Positions 1 to 8,735 of a DNA stretch of 24,000 nt are shown piece by piece (positions within the stretch are counted from its first letter, which is position 1; the number at the start of each line of letters is the position of its first letter). The translations under genes and the position numbers were made by a program. This DNA is from Aerococcus sp. (GTDB lineage Bacteria > Bacillota > Bacilli > Lactobacillales > Aerococcaceae), in assembly GCA_022768285.1 (NCBI GenBank), contig JALEMJ010000017.1:36964-60963 (forward strand). The letters run 5' to 3'. The notes under the pieces are model-generated. The model worked only from the letters and a program-made list of their open reading frames with translations. It was not told where the DNA came from and searched no databases.

Positions 1-124
1 CTGTTTCATCATTAGCGATCGCGCCTAAACCAAATACGGTTTCGGTTGGAAAAGCTACGAGTTCACCCGCTTGTAGCGCCTCCGCTGCTTCATCCAAAGT
101 GTCCTTTGTATATATTTCTGTCAT
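1..124 (-). CDS. tsaC: L-threonylcarbamoyladenylate synthase (Sua5/YwlC/TsaC family), N-terminal part, truncated by window start
   Basis: Manual translation on the minus strand from ATG at 122-124 gives MTEIYTKDTLDEAAEALQAGELVAFPTETVFGLGAIANDET, with the hallmark VAFPTETVxGLGA motif. It follows prmC as in the typical Firmicutes tdk-prfA-prmC-ywlC order. Confidence 0.9.
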   Translation of the reverse strand, partial: MTEIYTKDTLDEAAEALQAGELVAFPTETVFGLGAIANDET

Positions 125-136
125 TTTTTATACCCC

Positions 137-1003
137 TTACTTTGCTACTTCCATTGCTACAAAACGATCGATGCCCGTGTAATCTTTAATCACTTGAGAA
201 TGATTGTTTGGGTAGTTTGCTGTCAAAAGCCTTAAAAGCCTCTCTGATTGTTGATAACCACACTCCGCCATAAAGAAACCGTGATGCTTCAATAAAGTAT
301 CCAGTGTCGGAATCAAGCGCTCATAGAAAGCATATCCCTCATCATCAGCAAAAAGTGCCAAATGGGGTTCATACTTTCGGACATCGGCACCCATGATATC
401 CACCTCTGACTCTGCAATATATGGCGGGTTTGTGACAATAATATCAAACGTTTCATTCGCAACTGGCGTAATTAAATCGCCTAATAGGAAACGAATCGAG
501 ACATCATAATAGCGCGCATTCTGCTGTGCAATTGCTAATGCCTGCTCACTAATATCTGTTGCCGTAATTTTCAACGTTGGGCACTCATGCTTTAAAGCGA
601 TCGCAATAGCGCCACTTCCTGTCCCAATATCTAAAACACGCGCATCATTCGCATGCTGCCCCGTAGCGATCCGCTGAAGAACGGTTTCAACGATGCCTTC
701 CGTCTCTTGCCTTGGAATCAAAACATCTTCACTCACCATTAATGACAAGCCATGAAACCATGCCTGTCTGGAAACATACTGATACGGATAATCGTCTAGT
801 GCAATTCGTTGGATACCTCGTGAGTAAGTCTTTAACACATTATTAGGCACTGAGTCGTTTAAATGGTTTATACGAGCCGTGAGTGACCAATGCATTAAAT
901 CATCCATTAACCACTGTGCAATTGCGGGATCTTTATGTTTCTTATCTAGAAAAAAAGAAGCCGTTCTCACAGCTTCTTTGAACGTTGGATTAGATTGCAT
1001 CAT
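137..1003 (-). CDS. prmC: Peptide chain release factor N(5)-glutamine methyltransferase
   Basis: 288 aa; SAM-binding DIGTGSGAIAIAL and catalytic NPPY motif; directly downstream of and overlapping prfA. Confidence 0.95.
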   Translation of the reverse strand: MMQSNPTFKEAVRTASFFLDKKHKDPAIAQWLMDDLMHWSLTARINHLNDSVPNNVLKTYSRGIQRIALDDYPYQYVSRQAWFHGLSLMVSEDVLIPRQETEGIVETVLQRIATGQHANDARVLDIGTGSGAIAIALKHECPTLKITATDISEQALAIAQQNARYYDVSIRFLLGDLITPVANETFDIIVTNPPYIAESEVDIMGADVRKYEPHLALFADDEGYAFYERLIPTLDTLLKHHGFFMAECGYQQSERLLRLLTANYPNNHSQVIKDYTGIDRFVAMEVAK

Positions 1004-2081
1004 TACTTAATGCCTCTAATTTTTCAGTTTGATCGGCCAATACCAGTGCGTCAATAATTGTATCGAGTTCACCAGTCATAATGCGATCCAATTTTTGGAT
1101 AGTGAGACCGATACGGTGATCGGTGACACGATTTTGAGGATAATTGTACGTACGAATACGTTCGGAGCGATCCCCTGTACCGACCAAATCTTTACGTTCA
1201 CTCTCATACTGCTCTTCATTCTGCGATTCATAGTAATCGTATACGCGGGCACGCAGAATCATCATCGCTTTCTCCCGATTCTGTTGCTGTGAACGTTGAT
1301 CTTGCATCGCAACAACAATACCGGTTGGAATATGCGTCAAACGTACTGCGGAACTAGTCTTGTTAATGTGCTGCCCGCCCGCACCGCTCGAGCGATAGAC
1401 ATCTGTGCGGATATCGGTATCATCAATCTCATAATCAAGTGCTTCAAATTCAGGCATAACGACTACTGTCGCTGTTGACGTATGCACACGCCCTTGTGAT
1501 TCTGTTTTTGGGACACGTTGTACACGATGCGCACCACTCTCGAATTTTAACTTAGAGAAAACTTTTTCACCGGTGATGCTAATGATAATTTCTTTATAAC
1601 CACCAACATCGTTTGGCGATGCGGAAATAACTTCAACTTTCCAGCCCTGAGACTCAGCATAACGAGAGTACATATTGTATAGATCAGCAGCAAAAATCTG
1701 TGCCTCGTCACCACCCGCAGCACCACGAATCTCCATTATAATATTCTTATCATCATTCGGATCACTTGGTATCATTAGGCGCTTAATATTATCTTGTAAC
1801 GCTTCTTCTTCTCCCTCGAGATCACTGAGTTCTAACTTGGCGAGGTCTTTCATCTCATCATCGGAATCCGAATCGTTCAAAATCTCTTTCGCGCCATCAA
1901 TTTGTTCTTCAATCTCACGATAATGTTTGAATGCTTCCACTTTAGGTCGGAGGTCAGCTTCCTCGCGTGAAAGATCCCGAAAACGTTTTTGATCACTGAT
2001 CACATCCGGATCACTCAACATTTCAGCAACTTCTTGATATCTAGCGATGAATGTATCAATCTGTTCATCAATATTTAACAT
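990..2081 (-). CDS. prfA: Peptide chain release factor 1
   Basis: 363 aa; GGQ motif in SSGAGGQHINKTSSAVRLTHIPTG; GRVHTSTATVVVMPE; adjacent to prmC. Confidence 0.96.
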   Translation of the reverse strand: MLNIDEQIDTFIARYQEVAEMLSDPDVISDQKRFRDLSREEADLRPKVEAFKHYREIEEQIDGAKEILNDSDSDDEMKDLAKLELSDLEGEEEALQDNIKRLMIPSDPNDDKNIIMEIRGAAGGDEAQIFAADLYNMYSRYAESQGWKVEVISASPNDVGGYKEIIISITGEKVFSKLKFESGAHRVQRVPKTESQGRVHTSTATVVVMPEFEALDYEIDDTDIRTDVYRSSGAGGQHINKTSSAVRLTHIPTGIVVAMQDQRSQQQNREKAMMILRARVYDYYESQNEEQYESERKDLVGTGDRSERIRTYNYPQNRVTDHRIGLTIQKLDRIMTGELDTIIDALVLADQTEKLEALSNDAI

Positions 2082-2082
2082 T

Positions 2083-2691
2083 TTATTCCTCCATGTCAGC
2101 CAGTGATTGATTATTTCCTAATGGTGGATGGTAATAATGTTTACGGCATACGGGGTAATACGATTCATTACCCCCCGTTTGAATTTGTTCGCCTTCGTAC
2201 ACTGGCTGGCCATCATTCACACGCAAATTCATAATTGCTTTGCGCCCACAGAACCAGCAAATTGTTTTAACTTCTTCAATTTTTTCGGCGAGTGTCAGTA
2301 ACGCTTCGGAGCCTTCGAATAGCTCATTGCGAAAATCATTTTTTAAACCGAAAGCCATCACTGGAATGCCCAGTTCGTCAACAACGCGCGCGCAAGCTTC
2401 AACTTGATGCTTTGGCAGAAATTGCGCTTCGTCTACTAGCACGCAGTATACTTTTTCTTCCGCGTTTGCTTGTGCCACAATATTAAATATATCTGTGTTT
2501 TTATCAATATCAATCGCTTGTCGGGATTCACCGACTCGACTTTCAATCATACCGGAAGCACTACGATCATCAACTACGCTCTTCATTGTCAATACGCGTT
2601 TATGTTGCTCTTCATAATTATGAGCAACTTTGATAATCTCGAATGTCTTACCACTATTCATTGCACCATACCGAAAAAATAACTGGGCCAT
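2083..2691 (-). CDS. tdk: Thymidine kinase
   Basis: Walker A-like [18 protein letters not shown], zinc ligands CWFCGRK...CRKH. The ORF track starts at 2715, but the canonical N-terminus [16 protein letters not shown] starts at 2691 and is preceded by an SD-like GAAGGGAAGG. Confidence 0.94.
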   Translation of the reverse strand: MAQLFFRYGAMNSGKTFEIIKVAHNYEEQHKRVLTMKSVVDDRSASGMIESRVGESRQAIDIDKNTDIFNIVAQANAEEKVYCVLVDEAQFLPKHQVEACARVVDELGIPVMAFGLKNDFRNELFEGSEALLTLAEKIEEVKTICWFCGRKAIMNLRVNDGQPVYEGEQIQTGGNESYYPVCRKHYYHPPLGNNQSLADMEE

Positions 2692-2721
2692 CATTACCTT
2701 CCCTTCACTTGACATTTACTA

Positions 2722-2750
2722 ATCTTAGCTAAGGGCCCCGAGGTTGTCAA
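2722..2750 (-). promoter_or_regulatory. Predicted sigma-A promoter for tdk-prfA-prmC-tsaC: TTGACA - 17 nt - TAAGAT (minus strand)
   Basis: The + strand reads atctta at 2722-2727 and tgtcaa at 2745-2750, with a 17 nt spacer. Confidence 0.6.
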
Positions 2751-2774
2751 TCATGCAGAAGAATGTGCTAAAAT
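2744..2774 (+). promoter_or_regulatory. Possible promoter for murT-gatD: TTGTCA - 19 nt - TGC-TAAAAT (extended -10)
   Basis: ttgtca at 2744-2749 and taaaat at 2769-2774 preceded by tgc. Spacer length is non-optimal but an extended -10 is present. Strong SD aaaggagg at 2791-2798 ahead of ATG at 2805. Confidence 0.45.
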
Positions 2775-2804
2775 ATATGTTATTGATAGGAAAGGAGGTT
2801 CCCG

Positions 2805-4169
2805 ATGACTGTAAAGGGTACCTTAGCAAAAAATATTGCTCAGCTATCACAATCCGTATTGAAGAAGTACGCTGGCGGTGGCTCGAGCTTTCCAGGAAAA
2901 ATTGCCGAGAAAATTGATCCTGAGATTCTCTCAGAATTAGGCGCTAACTATGATGTGGTAATTATTACTGGAACGAATGGGAAAACAATGACAACTTCCC
3001 TAACTGTAAATATCTTAAAACAGAAATTTCAGCACGTTTTAACGAACGATACCGGTTCTAACCTCAAGCAGGGGATTATTGCGACGTTCACCGGTGACAA
3101 CATCCCAGAATTGGAAGACGGTGAACGACCAGTTGCTGTGTTGGAAGTTGATGAAGCAACAGTTCGCCACATCACCAAGTATATCCAACCTAAACTGATC
3201 GTAGCTACGAATATTTTTAGAGATCAGATGGATCGTTACGGCGAAATTTATACGATTTTTGACTATATCAAAGAAGGTGCTGCGTTATCTCCAGATACGC
3301 CTCTGCTTTTGAATGGAGATGCTGCCATCTTTAACGATGCATCAATTGTCAATCCGACATTCTACTTTGGGTTTAAGAATGATGATCTTGAGACAGATAA
3401 GCGCGCACATTACAACACGGATAATGTCCTCTGTCCAATATGTCACGGATTATTACATTACCATATGATTACATACAGTAATCTCGGTGATTATTACTGT
3501 CCAAACTGTGGCTTTAAGCGCCCTACTTTGGCGTACCAAGTGACAGATATCAAGAAATTAACGCCAGATGCTTCCATTTTTGACTTAAACGGCGAAACAT
3601 ACCAGTTGCCAGTTGCAGGGACATATAATATTTATAACGCTTTAGCTGCTTTTTCGATCGGTAAATTTTTTGGATTAACTGACGAAGAAATTCGTACTGG
3701 TTTTTTATCAGCTACTCGTGTATTTGGGCGCCAAGAAGTGATTGCGATAGAGGGTAAACTGATTCGTATCAATCTGATCAAGAATCCGGTTGGGTTTAAT
3801 CAGATCACGGAGATTATTAAATTACAAGATGATCCTTATACATTGATTACCCTATTGAATGATCAGCCAGCAGACGGCAAAGATGTCAGCTGGATATGGG
3901 CTGCCGATTTCGAATCACTCGCACAAATGCCTGGTAATCAGCAACAAATGATTGGGGGGCATCGTGTAGAAGCGCTCAAGCAACGCTTACTCGTCGCCGG
4001 CTTTGATCCTAAAACTATGTATGAGGTTAACTCTATGGAAGGTGTCATTAATGCGATCAAGAGTGCACCAACTGAAACAATCAATATTTTAACCACCTAC
4101 ACTGCTATGCTTTCGCTACGTAAAACATTAGCAGAAAAAGGGTATGTGAAGGAGCGGATGCGCGCATGA
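2805..4169 (+). CDS. murT: Lipid II isoglutaminyl synthase (glutamine-hydrolyzing) subunit MurT
   Basis: 454 aa; Mur ligase ATP-binding GTNGKTMTTSL; four-cysteine insert CPIC...CPNC typical of MurT; translationally coupled to gatD. Confidence 0.93.
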   Translation: MTVKGTLAKNIAQLSQSVLKKYAGGGSSFPGKIAEKIDPEILSELGANYDVVIITGTNGKTMTTSLTVNILKQKFQHVLTNDTGSNLKQGIIATFTGDNIPELEDGERPVAVLEVDEATVRHITKYIQPKLIVATNIFRDQMDRYGEIYTIFDYIKEGAALSPDTPLLLNGDAAIFNDASIVNPTFYFGFKNDDLETDKRAHYNTDNVLCPICHGLLHYHMITYSNLGDYYCPNCGFKRPTLAYQVTDIKKLTPDASIFDLNGETYQLPVAGTYNIYNALAAFSIGKFFGLTDEEIRTGFLSATRVFGRQEVIAIEGKLIRINLIKNPVGFNQITEIIKLQDDPYTLITLLNDQPADGKDVSWIWAADFESLAQMPGNQQQMIGGHRVEALKQRLLVAGFDPKTMYEVNSMEGVINAIKSAPTETINILTTYTAMLSLRKTLAEKGYVKERMRA

Positions 4170-4807
4170 CACTGAGAATTTGTCACTTATATGGTGACCT
4201 CATGAATACATACGGGGATAATGGTAATTTGTTGATGCTGGAATACCTAGCAAAACAGCAAACTGACAATGTCTCTATTGAACTCGTTTCACTCGAAGAG
4301 AATTTTGATCCAGAGCGTTACGATCTCGTTTTCTTCGGTGGCGGCCAAGATTTTGAACAGACAGTTGTTGCTGAAGACCTTGTCAATAAAGGCGACGGTA
4401 TCAAACAGTACATTGAGTCTGGTGGTGTTATGTTGGCTATTTGTGGTGGCTACCAGCTTCTCGGTCATGAATACGCAATGACGAATGGCACTACCGTTAA
4501 AGGCATTGGAGCGATTGATTATTACACCACAAGTCAAAATCAACGTTTAATTGGTGACTTGACAATTTATAATGAGCGATTTGATCAGACCTATTACGGT
4601 TACGAAAATCATGCGGGACGTACGTATCTTGGTAAAGGTGTTACACCACTGGGAACCGTTATTGCTGGATATGGCAATAACGGCGAAGACCTCAAGGAAG
4701 GCGTTATGTACAAAAATACATTTTGCTCCTACTTCCATGGACCGCTCATTGTTAGAAATCCTTCGCTCGGAAATCATCTGATCACTCTTGCACTAGACAA
4801 CCAGTAA
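4166..4807 (+). CDS. gatD: Lipid II isoglutaminyl synthase subunit GatD (class I glutamine amidotransferase)
   Basis: 213 aa; nucleophile region LAICGGYQLLG, FFGGGQDFEQ; overlaps the murT stop by 4 nt. Confidence 0.93.
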   Translation: MTLRICHLYGDLMNTYGDNGNLLMLEYLAKQQTDNVSIELVSLEENFDPERYDLVFFGGGQDFEQTVVAEDLVNKGDGIKQYIESGGVMLAICGGYQLLGHEYAMTNGTTVKGIGAIDYYTTSQNQRLIGDLTIYNERFDQTYYGYENHAGRTYLGKGVTPLGTVIAGYGNNGEDLKEGVMYKNTFCSYFHGPLIVRNPSLGNHLITLALDNQ

Positions 4808-4820
4808 TCGTGTCCAAACT

Positions 4821-4844
4821 AAAACCCGCGACAGCGGGTTTTTT
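4821..4844. terminator. Intrinsic terminator, usable on both strands, between convergent gatD and the AI-2E transporter gene
   Basis: AAAACCCGC-gaca-GCGGGTTTTTTT: 9 bp stem, 4 nt loop, T-tract on the + side and A-tract (T on minus) on the other. Confidence 0.9.
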
Positions 4845-4851
4845 CTTGTGC

Positions 4852-6105
4852 TTATGAATTATTGTCTTCACCTGGCGCCTTTGCAATATCTTCGTTTTCA
4901 GCTTTCTCACGTTCAGCGTTCTCATCAAATGGAAAAACCTCTTGACCATTTTCGTCCTCATACAAACCGGAAATATCGTGATACCAGCGGAAGATATACA
5001 TAAAGATAACTTTAAGCACAGCATAGATTGGAATAATAAAAATAATTCCAAGAACGCCCCACATATTACCACCCGCAATCAGCAGTAACATGATAATCAC
5101 TGGGTGAATATGGAGATTCGACCCCAAAACAAGTGGTGAGATGATGCGACTCTCAATTCCTTGTTCGATCGCGAACACTAATAATACTTTAATAAGCATT
5201 AATGGACTATCAACCACCGCTACAATAATTGCCGGGACAATTCCCAAAAACGAACCTAAATAAGGAATGATATTTAATACCCCTGCAGTCACACCAATAA
5301 TAAGTCCAAAATCCAAGCCGATGATCGTATAGCCGATAACAAACATAATCGTAACAGCTATCGCCACTAAAATTTGACCACGAATATAGCCTGAAACCTG
5401 ACCATTCATATCGCTTAGCATATCCAATGTCGTTTTACGAATTTTGATAGGAAGGAACGGGGCAATCTTTTCCTTTATTTTAGGTGTATCTTTGAGCATA
5501 TAGAACAGAATGATCGGTGCTGTAAGTATCGCAACGGCAATCTGCGCGATCACACCTAAAATAGATGTTAAGCCGCTCCACGTATTATTGAATAACCTGC
5601 TCCAGTTCCAATCTAAACTGTAGATGTAGTTAAAGATCTTATCAAAATTTAATTGAAGATCCGAGAAGATATTTTTTGGCAGATAATTGAGTATCTGATC
5701 CTGGTACATAGACCAAATATCTCCCCATTGCATCAAGAAATCCTTTGCCTGCGCAATAATCGCTGGTATCCAGGCGATGAATAAGCCTATCAAAACGACT
5801 AATAATGCTAAAACAAACCAAGTCCCATAAATACGCTTAAGCCCTTTTCGCTCCAAGAAATTAACAATTGGTACCGTTAAATAGTACAACACGGATCCTA
5901 ATATGATCGGTAACAAGATCGTTTTAATAAAGCGCCACAAGGGATTTAAAAAGACATTTACTTTTGTCAGTAGTAATAGTAATAAACAAACAAGTATAGC
6001 AACTGTCAGTATTAGGACGTAACGGCTATTCAGTACGCGTGTAAAGCGACTCCCCATCAACGTTTGTTCGTGATGGAGATGTTTTTGCTTTGGTTCTTTT
6101 TCCAT
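4852..6105 (-). CDS. AI-2E transporter family (PF01594-type, YtvI/PerM-like) membrane protein
   Basis: 417 aa with multiple hydrophobic helices; GQVSGYIRGQILVAIAVTIMF, YLGSFLGIVPAI, and LVFAIEQGIESRIISPLVLGSNLHIHPVIIMLLLIAGGNMWGVLGIIFIIPIYAVLK are typical of the family. Confidence 0.88.
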   Translation of the reverse strand: MEKEPKQKHLHHEQTLMGSRFTRVLNSRYVLILTVAILVCLLLLLLTKVNVFLNPLWRFIKTILLPIILGSVLYYLTVPIVNFLERKGLKRIYGTWFVLALLVVLIGLFIAWIPAIIAQAKDFLMQWGDIWSMYQDQILNYLPKNIFSDLQLNFDKIFNYIYSLDWNWSRLFNNTWSGLTSILGVIAQIAVAILTAPIILFYMLKDTPKIKEKIAPFLPIKIRKTTLDMLSDMNGQVSGYIRGQILVAIAVTIMFVIGYTIIGLDFGLIIGVTAGVLNIIPYLGSFLGIVPAIIVAVVDSPLMLIKVLLVFAIEQGIESRIISPLVLGSNLHIHPVIIMLLLIAGGNMWGVLGIIFIIPIYAVLKVIFMYIFRWYHDISGLYEDENGQEVFPFDENAEREKAENEDIAKAPGEDNNS

Positions 6106-6197
6106 TTAATTCCCCCCTCAATTGCTATCTAATTGTCGATTACAAACGTAACACATTTAATAAAAGAGGACTATTAATTTTTTGTAAATTATTCACC

Positions 6198-6226
6198 TTG
6201 ATCAAACGCAAACCATTTATTATGAT
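6198..6226 (+). promoter_or_regulatory. Predicted sigma-A promoter for the lactonase gene: TTGATC - 17 nt - TATGAT
   Basis: ttgatc at 6198-6203, tatgat at 6221-6226, 17 nt spacer; located 37 nt upstream of the proposed start. Confidence 0.55.
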
Positions 6227-6263
6227 GAAAGCGTATATCGCATCCCTCAGAGAAAGGAACATC

Positions 6264-7277
6264 ATGATGGAGACACTTTATCTCGGTGGCTACACTAAGC
6301 AAAATAATAAAGGTATTCATACCTTAGCATTGAATGATGATGGTACATTTGGCTCATCGGCATTAATTATCGAGGAAACGAATCCAACATATTTTGCGTT
6401 ATCAAAGGATGAGCAGCACCTTTATACCTTAAGTCATTCCGAATCCCAACCTGGTGTTGCCCATTATCAACAGCATAACGGCCATTACAAATTCATTGAT
6501 CGTGTGACCTTTTTAGAGACTAATGGCTGTTATCTAGCCTTGGATGATGATCGCCAGCTACTCTACATTGCAAATTATCACGAAGGAAAATTAGCTGTCA
6601 TTAAGATTCAATCGGACGGCAGGCTATCGTTAATGAATATCACCTCACATATTGGTCAGGGCCCGAATGCAAATCAAGAAAGTGCACACTGTCATTTTCT
6701 CGACCGCACGCCAGATGGCTATCTGATTAGTTGCGACTTAGGCACAGATAGCGTCTCAACTTATAAACTATCTCTAGATTATAATCTTGTATTAAAAGAT
6801 GATTATCACGCGAAGCCAGGGACCGGAACCCGACACCTTACCTTCCACCCTAATGGTCACTATGCTTATATCATTGGCGAACTCTCCAATACTATTGATG
6901 TTTGTCAGTATGATGATGGTCATTTATCACTTATCGAGCGCGTAAATATTACAGATAACACAGCAGACACTGGTGCAGCGGCGATACGCGTCACATCAGA
7001 TGGTCACTTTTTGTATGCATCGACACGCAGCACCGATACACTAACGTCTTTCAAACTTTCAACTGCTGGCGACCACCTCACACGTATCCAGACAGTCAGC
7101 ACTGGCGGTCGCATGCCGCGAGACTTTAATTTCAATCGTACAGAAGACTATGTGATTGTTGGTCATCAAGAATCATCAGATATCAGTTTATTCAGCCGTG
7201 ATCATGAGACAGGACTTTTAACGCAACAAGCCACACATGCCGCAATACCTGAGATCGTATGTATTCGCAATAGTTAA
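6264..7277 (+). CDS. Lactonase family protein (YbhE/Pgl-type beta-propeller, possibly 6-phosphogluconolactonase)
   Basis: Start re-assigned to ATG 6264 after the SD agaaagga; product MMETLYLGGYTKQNN... (337 aa). Family motifs: ATREHx-like ESAHCHFLDRTPDGYLISCDLGTDSVSTY and GTGTRHLTFHPNGHYAYIIGELSNTI. Confidence 0.88.
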   Translation: MMETLYLGGYTKQNNKGIHTLALNDDGTFGSSALIIEETNPTYFALSKDEQHLYTLSHSESQPGVAHYQQHNGHYKFIDRVTFLETNGCYLALDDDRQLLYIANYHEGKLAVIKIQSDGRLSLMNITSHIGQGPNANQESAHCHFLDRTPDGYLISCDLGTDSVSTYKLSLDYNLVLKDDYHAKPGTGTRHLTFHPNGHYAYIIGELSNTIDVCQYDDGHLSLIERVNITDNTADTGAAAIRVTSDGHFLYASTRSTDTLTSFKLSTAGDHLTRIQTVSTGGRMPRDFNFNRTEDYVIVGHQESSDISLFSRDHETGLLTQQATHAAIPEIVCIRNS

Positions 7278-7298
7278 TTATTAGCCATTTTAATAGTC

Positions 7299-7338
7299 AA
7301 AACGCCGAGTATCTAAACAAAGTAGTACTCGGCGTTTT
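7299..7338. terminator. Intrinsic terminator, usable on both strands, between the lactonase and acp genes
   Basis: AAAACGCCGAGTA (7299-7311) pairs perfectly with TACTCGGCGTTTT (7326-7338) around a 14 nt loop. Confidence 0.88.
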
Positions 7339-7373
7339 CATTAAGCTATTGCAGGTAAGCCACGTTAGACCAA

Positions 7374-7601
7374 TTAGCGATTCTCATCAACAAATTTCAC
7401 AAGGTCAGCAATCGTTTCGATAGTCATTTGATCTTCATCAATGGTAATACTAAATGTATCCTCTATATCATTGACAATTTGAAACAAATCAAGGCTGTCC
7501 GCTGATAAATCATCAGCTGGGTGTGTTGTCATCATAATCTCTTCTTCATCAATATCAAGCTGCGCACTGATTATTTCACGAATTTTTTCAAATGTGCTCA
7601 T
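7374..7601 (-). CDS. acpP: Acyl carrier protein
   Basis: 75 aa acidic protein with the phosphopantetheine serine motif ADSLDLFQIVNDIEDTF. Confidence 0.88.
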   Translation of the reverse strand: MSTFEKIREIISAQLDIDEEEIMMTTHPADDLSADSLDLFQIVNDIEDTFSITIDEDQMTIETIADLVKFVDENR

Positions 7602-7624
7602 ATGTGCACTCTCCCTCTATTGAC

Positions 7625-7999
7625 TTAAGACTTTTTATCCGCATTATCAGCTGTTTTAACGAAGCTATCGATGTCTTTAAAATTGACAGCCGTACGCTCC
7701 TCCAAAACATCCAACATTTCGCGATCTGATTGATCCCAAAAAATTTTGATGATAGCCGAATTATTTAATAATTTTTCAATTTCACCAACAATTTTATAAC
7801 CTCTGAACTTAAATTGAACCACGTCTCCAACTTCCGGACGGACATTTTCCTTAACCGCTTTGATCACTTCGACAGCTTCGTCATAAGGAATATCCAATAG
7901 TGTCGCGATACGAGATTTGCTTGTGCCACGGCGTAATTCTGTTTCTACTAAATCCTGCGTCTTTTTGTCGATTTTTTTAGCTGACTTACTTTTATTCAC
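7625..7999 (-). CDS. DUF2187 (YkvS-like) domain protein with an N-terminal putative helix-turn-helix segment
   Basis: C-terminal EVGDVVQFKFRGYKIVGEIEKLLNNSAIIKI...VLEERTAVNFKDID resembles the small DUF2187/YkvS fold. The N-terminal KSRIATLLDIPYDEAVEVIKAV looks HTH-like. Confidence 0.65.
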   Translation of the reverse strand: MNKSKSAKKIDKKTQDLVETELRRGTSKSRIATLLDIPYDEAVEVIKAVKENVRPEVGDVVQFKFRGYKIVGEIEKLLNNSAIIKIFWDQSDREMLDVLEERTAVNFKDIDSFVKTADNADKKS

Positions 8000-8039
8000 A
8001 AGATCACCTAAGCCTCTCTATTAGTACTTACTATCTACT

Positions 8040-8705
8040 TTAACCCTTTTTCTCGCGATGTTTACGCAACTCTTCTTCGGGATCATAGTGATAATTTGGA
8101 TTCAAATTATTATCCAAGCGATCAAAGGCGTCCGCCATTTGCGCATTAATTTCACGATTGTCTTCATGCGTTAACCGTTTTTTATCTGGTAAATAGATAG
8201 GTGCGCCGATTGCCAACTTCACACGATGTGAAAACTTCCTTGAAAACAAGCCTTTGACGGTTAACGGTCCTTGATAGACAACTGGTAAAATTGGCACCCG
8301 ACCGAGTCGTGCTAGTGTCACAGCACCGTCCTTAATCTCTGAAGAAAAACGCGAGCCAGTAGGAAAAATTCCGATATCATTTTGTCCGTTCTTCAATTCT
8401 TTGACCATCTGTTTCATCAATTTTCGATCGGGATGTTCTCGATCTACCAGGAAAACACCTGCCCCATCTTCTAACAAAAATTTAAAGAGCTTATTGGATG
8501 CTAACTCTTGCTTCGCTAAGAACTGTACATTTGGATTCCTAAAATTAATACCAATCATTATTGGATCTAACCATGTGCGGTGAGGTGCCACAACAACATA
8601 CTTCTGATTGGGATCATAATGCGCATCAACCTGTTTAATCATTTTGCCATTAAAAATCCGCAATGCGTTTCTAATTAAAAAAACTAGAAAAACATATAGC
8701 CACAT
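8040..8705 (-). CDS. plsC: 1-acyl-sn-glycerol-3-phosphate acyltransferase (PlsC-like, LPLAT family)
   Basis: 221 aa; HX4D motif APHRTWLDP; motif III-like IFPTGSRF; PILPVVYQGP. Confidence 0.88.
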   Translation of the reverse strand: MWLYVFLVFLIRNALRIFNGKMIKQVDAHYDPNQKYVVVAPHRTWLDPIMIGINFRNPNVQFLAKQELASNKLFKFLLEDGAGVFLVDREHPDRKLMKQMVKELKNGQNDIGIFPTGSRFSSEIKDGAVTLARLGRVPILPVVYQGPLTVKGLFSRKFSHRVKLAIGAPIYLPDKKRLTHEDNREINAQMADAFDRLDNNLNPNYHYDPEEELRKHREKKG

Positions 8706-8735
8706 CGTGCTATACTCCTCCCTTCACCTTCACAC

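Noticed and set aside
1029-1923. Plus-strand ORFs opposite prfA (87, 60 and 82 aa)
   Set aside because: Cysteine/serine/isoleucine-rich low-complexity translations typical of shadow ORFs, with no start context, opposite the conserved prfA.
2692-2715. N-terminal extension MSSEGKVM of thymidine kinase
   Set aside because: The bases encode the Shine-Dalgarno region (GAAGGGAAGG) for [16 protein letters not shown], and 2715 coincides with the predicted transcription start.
6090-6263. 5' extension of the lactonase ORF (MVLFPFNSPLNCYLIVDYKRNTF...) as given in the ORF track
   Set aside because: It overlaps the start of the divergent AI-2E transporter gene, has no family-like sequence, and contains the likely promoter (6198-6226). 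The homologous protein begins at ATG 6264 with a good SD.
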